The translations under genes were made by a program, and so were the position numbers. The notes under the pieces were generated by a model. That model ran no database searches, had not been told where the DNA came from, and worked only from the letters and a program-made list of their open reading frames with translations. Positions 17,550-23,009 of a stretch of 23,009 nucleotides of DNA are shown here, piece by piece. The stretch comes from a virus (lineage: Duplodnaviria; Heunggongvirae; Uroviricota; Caudoviricetes), in IMG/VR virus record IMGVR_UViG_3300024333_000003. One strand, 5' to 3'. The number at the start of each line of letters is the position of its first letter. The stretch's first letter is position 1.

Positions 17550-19189
17550 TGTTTTGTTAATCCAGTCATTGTGTATTCGTCAGCATATAGTCCATGTAAA
17601 GACGGAACTGTATAACTTGTTACAATATCTACTTCACGAGTAAGTGTTCTCTGCTCATTCCACTCTCGAATTGAAATATCTATTGTAGAGACATCTATAT
17701 ATGTGGCACCTGCCGCCATTAATTTAGATATTATTTCGGATATTGTTATAGTTTTCGTACCTATCACATAATCTTTTATGGTTTTGTATGCTTTATCCAA
17801 TGTCAACGATCCGCTGTATACCAAGGTATTCACAAATAGTAATGCCGGAGGCATTATTTTGCCTAGACTATCTGTTCCAATAAATCGATTTTCTGGAGCA
17901 TCTAGTAAGGCTTGTAAACCCACTCCATCGCTATAATATCTATATGTTATATCTAGATCAATATCTAAATAATCAGGCGATATTGCTAAGTATGGAACGT
18001 CTCTAGTGGAATAAGCATTTCCTACATTTTCACTAAACAAGTTCCAGTCGGTACCCTCGACCAACTCAGTTTGTTGCACAGTCGTGATTATTTTTGCGAC
18101 ATTAAATAAAGGCAATACTACACCTTCGACATTAGTCAGATTTATACGACCATCGCTAGTTGATAAAGTCTGTGTTCCTTCCATTATTTTCTCAGGATCA
18201 TATACATATATATCAGACTTTCCTCCAACATGTATTCCCGACGGTGATGTGTTTTCGATGCTTACATAATAAGTAGTAACATTACTTACATCTATTTCGG
18301 CAGTTGGTGTAGTTACACAAATACGTACAAAGTTATCCGTATCTCTATAAGTACTTGATAATGTTATAGTAGTGCTTAACACTGCCAACTCTGGAGAAAT
18401 TGTGCTATTATATGAATGTGTTCCAAATAATTCCCATTCTTCTAATAATCTATTCCAGATATATCCGTTGATGCCGGCAGTAGTACCATCCATTCCATAT
18501 CCATGATATTTTATTGTTGCTGTGGTTCCATTAGGAAATTTAGAAGGTTCCGCCTTTAGTTCAAACATCGCCACTGTATGTAGCGAATTCAAACTAGCGA
18601 TTTGAAGATCATCATAATACCATTCAGCCCCATTAGTTTCTAATACTGCTATACCAAAATGTGTCCCATTCGATCTTGGAACAAAGCCTCCGTGCGACAC
18701 ATGTATCATATTTGGTAAAGATTCATTGAAACCGCCTAATGCAAAGTCCCAAATCCAGACATCTAAAGAATAATTTTGACCGATATCCATTCTAAACGAA
18801 TATTTTGTATTTGGATTAATAATCCCAGATGCCGCAGCAAGAAACGAATTCTCCCCAACATTTTGTAATACAAACTTATCTGTAAACATTATATCATCGG
18901 TTAATGGATTACTATCTACCAGATATACATTGTATTCAGTTCCACCAGCCGAGTACCACGCAAAACCTAATCCATCGGAGGGGGCAATAGAATTTTCTTG
19001 TCTTAACACAGTTATATAACTTAGTTTTCTATTGATATCACTTGTTTTAAAATTACCAGTGACGCTAATTCCATTATGTACAGTTAGCGGCGTGTGTAAT
19101 ATCGGCAAATAATTTTCCGCTTTTGGTGTACTTAACATAGTGTTAATATTTGAAATTGTATCCTGTATTAATTGTAATTGTTCTTGCAT
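17546..19189 (-). CDS. Baseplate protein (547 aa): N-terminal ConA/LamG-like beta-sandwich, C-terminal half resembling the C-terminal part of baseplate J/gp6
   Basis: Long ORF with a GAGGA RBS. YSFRMDI...THFGIAV...WYYDDLQI is a concanavalin-like pattern. GIHVGGKSDIYV and the terminal IKDYV...ITISEIISKLMAAGATYIDV resemble the C-terminal region of baseplate J proteins. Confidence 0.6.
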   Translation of the reverse strand: MQEQLQLIQDTISNINTMLSTPKAENYLPILHTPLTVHNGISVTGNFKTSDINRKLSYITVLRQENSIAPSDGLGFAWYSAGGTEYNVYLVDSNPLTDDIMFTDKFVLQNVGENSFLAAASGIINPNTKYSFRMDIGQNYSLDVWIWDFALGGFNESLPNMIHVSHGGFVPRSNGTHFGIAVLETNGAEWYYDDLQIASLNSLHTVAMFELKAEPSKFPNGTTATIKYHGYGMDGTTAGINGYIWNRLLEEWELFGTHSYNSTISPELAVLSTTITLSSTYRDTDNFVRICVTTPTAEIDVSNVTTYYVSIENTSPSGIHVGGKSDIYVYDPEKIMEGTQTLSTSDGRINLTNVEGVVLPLFNVAKIITTVQQTELVEGTDWNLFSENVGNAYSTRDVPYLAISPDYLDIDLDITYRYYSDGVGLQALLDAPENRFIGTDSLGKIMPPALLFVNTLVYSGSLTLDKAYKTIKDYVIGTKTITISEIISKLMAAGATYIDVSTIDISIREWNEQRTLTREVDIVTSYTVPSLHGLYADEYTMTGLTKQ

Positions 19190-19191
19190 AT

Positions 19192-20544
19192 TTAATCCTC
19201 TGTGAATTTATTTTCTATTCCCAACGCATCTAGTAAATTGGTAGATAATGCGTTTTGATCTATCATTGATGCATAAGATGGATTTTGAGTAAGTGCCAAA
19301 TTAATAACATTTTTTATCAAAGTCATAAATCGTTTGCTAACAGGGATAGGAGTTTGTTCTAAAACCGCCGCAGCTGGAATGTATCCAAGTCTTACACCAT
19401 CATCAGTGGCAGCAATTTCATAAGCATTCCACAACGAGCTTGTGCCAACATATGCGTCTCCCGCAATCCACTTCGGATCCAAAGCTCCGCCAACAAAAGG
19501 ATCTTGCAATAATAATGTTGTCTGTAAGGTTGTCTTATAAGCATCTTTTAAATAATAAATATTTGCATACTGCGCAGTAGTAAATTGTGTTATATATTCA
19601 TCTGGTATAGGCATATCGGGTACTAATCCTGACGTGGTGGGGTCATCATAAAATAACGTCCAATATGCTTTACTTTGAGTATACGGATATTCATCAAATG
19701 ATGGTACCGAATCAAACAAACCGCTTGTTCTTATGTAATATCCTCCAGAGGCAGAAATATAAAAATCTGTGACGCTGATCTTTCCCCTATAGTCAACCAA
19801 ATAATAATTTTCCAATGATTCAACCCCTGAATAATGTAAGTCACGTACCATACGATCATCGCCTGCACCAATAACTACTGTTTCATATACTGACGGAAAA
19901 TTTTCAGTAATAAGATTATTAAAACTCTGTTCGCTGGCAAGACTTCGGTTCATTACGGCGTTTATTAATCTTTCGGCATATTCAGTATTTGTCTCTGCTA
20001 ATATCCCGGCGGCAAACGCTACTGGGTTCGTTATCTGCGACGGTTCAATAGCAAAATCAGTTGATGTAATAGAATTTGGATCAAGTGGTGTTCCCAATGT
20101 GTCATATGTAGCTACTACGGGAATCAATCCAGTGGAATATAAGGGGAATCGCCATAAATTGGCATTCATGGTTCCTTCAGATATAGTAAATGTTTTTGTC
20201 GTTGCATATATACGACTATCCAATGCAGTAAAAGTTGTACCAATTGGGATCGATATGTTTTGTGCGATATCATAAAACATTTCTACATAACCAGTGGATG
20301 GAATCGCTTGTCTGCGGTAAACTAAAAAATTACTGCCGATAGCATCTAGTTCGTCGGGGTTGATCTTCTCTGGGTCTTTCAATCCCAAATTATCTAATAA
20401 ATATTTTAATTGAGTAAGTACCGGGTCCATCATGGCCGCAGCTGGATTCACAAATAATTCAGACAGTGGAGAATTATCTGATACATCTAGATTTGGCAGT
20501 TTAGCTTTTAAAATTATTTTTATGTATTCTCTTGTTGTTAACAT
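19192..20544 (-). CDS. Baseplate J / gp6-like wedge protein (450 aa; N-terminal part of the family fold)
   Basis: Carries Baseplate_J hallmarks: ELDAIGSNFLVYRRQAIPSTGYV (cf. LD..g...g..R..a..a.G.v), IPIGTTF, and AGILAETNTEYAERL (cf. G.d.EtD.elr.R). It lies immediately downstream of a gp25-like gene. Confidence 0.8.
   Translation of the reverse strand: MLTTREYIKIILKAKLPNLDVSDNSPLSELFVNPAAAMMDPVLTQLKYLLDNLGLKDPEKINPDELDAIGSNFLVYRRQAIPSTGYVEMFYDIAQNISIPIGTTFTALDSRIYATTKTFTISEGTMNANLWRFPLYSTGLIPVVATYDTLGTPLDPNSITSTDFAIEPSQITNPVAFAAGILAETNTEYAERLINAVMNRSLASEQSFNNLITENFPSVYETVVIGAGDDRMVRDLHYSGVESLENYYLVDYRGKISVTDFYISASGGYYIRTSGLFDSVPSFDEYPYTQSKAYWTLFYDDPTTSGLVPDMPIPDEYITQFTTAQYANIYYLKDAYKTTLQTTLLLQDPFVGGALDPKWIAGDAYVGTSSLWNAYEIAATDDGVRLGYIPAAAVLEQTPIPVSKRFMTLIKNVINLALTQNPSYASMIDQNALSTNLLDALGIENKFTED
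19196..19200 (-). promoter_or_regulatory. Shine-Dalgarno-like GAGGA for the 547-aa ORF
   Basis: Minus strand reads GAGGA-TTAAAT-ATG, embedded in the last codons of the upstream gene. Confidence 0.7.
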
Positions 20545-20545
20545 A

Positions 20546-21046
20546 TTACACCGTTAATATATATTCTTCATTACTTTCTGTTACCACAATGACCTCAACC
20601 AGCACTGTTGTACTATCTGTTGGATCTAAATAGATATCACTTAATTGTAAATCTACTAGTAGTTGATTAGCTGCTAATGTTTGACCGGCTTGTGCTTCTA
20701 ATATTTGTTTTTTTACCGATGCTAACGCTGATGTCACTCGAACATGTAGTTCTAATGTATCAGAAGTATTTTGGACTTTTATCTGCGTAATTAAAGAGCC
20801 CATACCAGGATTAAATAAGCTTTCCCCAAAAGTCGTAAGTAGTGCAAGAGTTATTTTATCTAATAAAACTTGCACACCAGTAGATTTTTTCGGTGCCGCA
20901 CCAAAAGTCAACGAAATTTCACCTGTATTTTCATCGACACTGACTATGGACATACTTACACCTTTGGTCGAGGTTGGTAAATTCTCAGTTAATTCAAAAG
21001 TTAGTCCAGTGTCAGATGATTTAAAAATTTCATTATATGCACTCAT
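20546..21046 (-). CDS. gp25/GPW-like baseplate wedge subunit (166 aa; start revised from the track's 21100 to 21046)
   Basis: LLTTFGESLFNPGMGSLI matches the gp25/W family motif (L.T..GE....P.fGs). Size and position before baseplate J fit. The ATG at 21046-21044 (MSAYNEIF) overlaps the TGA of the upstream gene as ATGA, so it is the more plausible start. Confidence 0.8.
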   Translation of the reverse strand: MSAYNEIFKSSDTGLTFELTENLPTSTKGVSMSIVSVDENTGEISLTFGAAPKKSTGVQVLLDKITLALLTTFGESLFNPGMGSLITQIKVQNTSDTLELHVRVTSALASVKKQILEAQAGQTLAANQLLVDLQLSDIYLDPTDSTTVLVEVIVVTESNEEYILTV

Positions 21047-22950
21047 AAAGCCAGCCCCATAAAAAAGTCTGATGTTGCGTCGCCAGTTCCTTCCCACCAA
21101 GGCGCGGTATCTGGCGGTTTGTTTTCGTCAGCCTTGGCTGTTTGTTCAACTTGTTTACCTTGAATCTTCGCTTCTTCGTCAACTTTAGCATTTGTTAGCC
21201 CAGATTTATTATTAGCATGATTACAATCACCAGTTATTTTTTTAAATAGATTGTTTACATTATTTATTGCACCGGACGCCGTTTCAATCATAGCCGTTGC
21301 AACGCTACTTAATGTATTTGCCAGATTAGCAGTTTGGCCGGATACCAAACCAGTTACTAACGCGGCGCCAAATGGACTTTGCTGTGCTAATTGTGATAAT
21401 GCTTTTGTAACCGCAGAAACCAGCGGATTATTTAATATATTTAATTGTTTTAACAAAGACAATAGATATGTATCTTCGGCGATAGCGCGTAACAATAATG
21501 CCCGCACTTCAGTAAATAACACAACAGCTCTACGTAATACTGCTTTATTTAACGGTGCAGTGACAGCGAATCCTGTAATAACTAATGAGAGCTTTAACAA
21601 GCTATCTATAGCTTCCTCATCATACTTTTGATACGCAGTGGAATTTAAATATGTTTGTATTTTTTCTATTATATAGAAATCACTGGCCACCGCGTTAAAA
21701 GCTTCGCCCGCTTCGGTTTGTTGTGCTAATAATTGTTTTGCACCTTCTAATTTAGTAACTGTCCATGCTTTAAATAAAACTGGTTTGGCAATGGCGTTTG
21801 TTAGTGTTCCTGCCGCAGCACTATCTCCTACTTCTTTCAGATGTTTTGCAACACTAGCTTCTACTTCTTCGATTATTGACTTGGCTGGACTCAAAGAATA
21901 CCATAGTACTTTAGCAGAAGTCTTTAGTGTTGACCAATTGAGCGTCCAATTTTTAATTAATTCCACCTGCTTTTTTATTACAGCGTGAGTGGCAACCAAT
22001 CCCTTATTTGTATCGATCCAAGATAAAGTTTGCAAAAATGAATTTTCTTTCGGTATATCTTTACTCCATTGTGTTTTTAACGTGTTGTATTGTTGTTGTC
22101 GTTGTATTAATATTGTATTGCGGTCTTTTGCAACGCCGGGGATGGACTTCCCAAATGTTAAATCGATACCTTTTATTTCAACACCAAGGATACTTGCGCC
22201 AGAGGTTATGATTGCTAATTGTGTTAGATGCCAAATATATGCTTCAGCCAGCATTATATGCTCAGCAACTACACCTTCTAATATAACATCTTTAAAGGCC
22301 TGTCCGACACTTTTCTTTTTTGTAAGTATATCGTTAAAAAACTTTTGTCCTAATTTGCGTGATCGATCCCCGGTTATAATTCCAATAGCTACGTCGATAT
22401 TATAAATTACTTGCCTCAGTAATGATGTATTAAAACGTGGTTTTTCTGAAGATAAACTTTTTTGTATTACGTTTAAATCCTCCAATGCTTTTTTGATAAA
22501 GGGATAAGCGTATTTTAATTGAGTGTTAACTGATTTTATATATGGTTTTGATAATCTTCGTAATATATTTAATGCGCCGTCCGTATGATATAATATTTCA
22601 TTTAGTGATAATAATCGTAATGCGACCTGCCTTTTCAGGGAATCCAAGGTCATCCCAAAAGAGACTGATTCGGCTTCCGCGGATAGATTCAAAATAGAAA
22701 CTAGGCCGGCCAAAGCACTAGATGCAAATGCGCCTAATTTTTCTTGTGCGGCTTCTTGCATTTGTGTCACAGCGGTTTGTATACCTGCGGAAGTTAATCC
22801 TCCGATAGTATCAGATAATCCCGATATAATTGAATCCAGTGCAGGTATTCCAGTGCCAGCAAATGCACCTGCAACACTAGCTTCCTTTGAGGCTTTTACT
22901 TTCTTTAATATATCCTCCGAAGTAGTCGGAGGGCACACAAATGATGCCAT
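21043..22950 (-). CDS. Hypothetical, predominantly alpha-helical Ala/Leu/Lys-rich protein (635 aa), probably virion-associated
   Basis: Long ORF with an AAGGA RBS, coupled at both ends (TAATG and ATGA overlaps). No family motif was recognised. Confidence 0.8.
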   Translation of the reverse strand: MASFVCPPTTSEDILKKVKASKEASVAGAFAGTGIPALDSIISGLSDTIGGLTSAGIQTAVTQMQEAAQEKLGAFASSALAGLVSILNLSAEAESVSFGMTLDSLKRQVALRLLSLNEILYHTDGALNILRRLSKPYIKSVNTQLKYAYPFIKKALEDLNVIQKSLSSEKPRFNTSLLRQVIYNIDVAIGIITGDRSRKLGQKFFNDILTKKKSVGQAFKDVILEGVVAEHIMLAEAYIWHLTQLAIITSGASILGVEIKGIDLTFGKSIPGVAKDRNTILIQRQQQYNTLKTQWSKDIPKENSFLQTLSWIDTNKGLVATHAVIKKQVELIKNWTLNWSTLKTSAKVLWYSLSPAKSIIEEVEASVAKHLKEVGDSAAAGTLTNAIAKPVLFKAWTVTKLEGAKQLLAQQTEAGEAFNAVASDFYIIEKIQTYLNSTAYQKYDEEAIDSLLKLSLVITGFAVTAPLNKAVLRRAVVLFTEVRALLLRAIAEDTYLLSLLKQLNILNNPLVSAVTKALSQLAQQSPFGAALVTGLVSGQTANLANTLSSVATAMIETASGAINNVNNLFKKITGDCNHANNKSGLTNAKVDEEAKIQGKQVEQTAKADENKPPDTAPWWEGTGDATSDFFMGLAL

Positions 22951-23009
22951 TACATACTTTCCTTAACACGTTGTGCTATTCTTTTGCTTATTGTTCTAAT
23001 CTCTTCTTC
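22950..23009 (-). CDS. C-terminal end of an upstream gene (partial): ...EEEIRTISKRIAQRVKESM*
   Basis: The frame is open from the window edge to a TAA at 22952-22950 that overlaps the next ATG (TAATG), the same coupling style as the rest of the operon. Only 20 codons are visible. Confidence 0.65.
   Translation of the reverse strand, partial: EEEIRTISKRIAQRVKESM
22960..22964 (-). promoter_or_regulatory. Shine-Dalgarno-like AAGGA for the 635-aa ORF
   Basis: Minus strand reads AAGGA-AAGTATGTA-ATG. Confidence 0.55.

Noticed and set aside
21047-21100. 18-aa N-terminal extension (MVGRNWRRNIRLFYGAGF) of the gp25-like ORF given by the track
   Set aside because: It overlaps the coding 3' end of the upstream gene by 54 extra nt, whereas the ATG at 21046 forms a canonical ATGA overlap like other junctions in the operon.
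22315-22321. In-frame A_AAA_AAG heptamer (classic bacterial -1 slippery site) in the 635-aa gene
   Set aside because: The -1 frame stops within about 8 codons (..EKCRTGL*), I saw no upstream SD-like stimulator or obvious downstream hairpin, and Thr-Lys-Lys codons give this heptamer by chance in AT-rich DNA.
123-22405. All plus-strand ORFs in the track (61-138 aa, e.g. 123-344, 4038-4277, 8211-8456, 11409-11714, 13110-13409, 15705-15974, 21251-21631, 21989-22405)
   Set aside because: Each lies wholly antisense to a long minus-strand gene, is short, and has the Val/Ile/Pro/Ser-biased composition of shadow frames, with no recognisable motifs.

Overview
The window is one continuous, tightly packed minus-strand operon of structural genes. 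It most likely comes from the baseplate/tail-fibre module of a large contractile-tailed (myovirus-type) phage, although an extracellular contractile injection system cannot be excluded from this window alone. In transcription order (high to low coordinate) it holds: the last 19 residues of an upstream gene, a 635-aa helical protein of unknown function, a gp25-like wedge protein, a baseplate J/gp6-like protein that appears to be split over two ORFs (450 + 547 aa), a 342-aa probable wedge partner, a 956-aa multi-domain fibre/adaptor, and a giant ORF missing from the supplied ORF track. That giant ORF starts at 13639, stays open for 4,546 codons and runs off the window edge at position 1. I translated it by eye and found no in-frame stop. 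It is a mosaic tail-fibre/adhesin with internal duplications, three jelly-roll carbohydrate-binding-like domains, His-rich motifs and six ~90-120-aa IAGW repeats. No intergenic gap exceeds 9 nt, so there is no room for standalone RNA genes, promoters, terminators or CRISPR arrays, and none were seen. All product calls rest on motif recognition without database searches.
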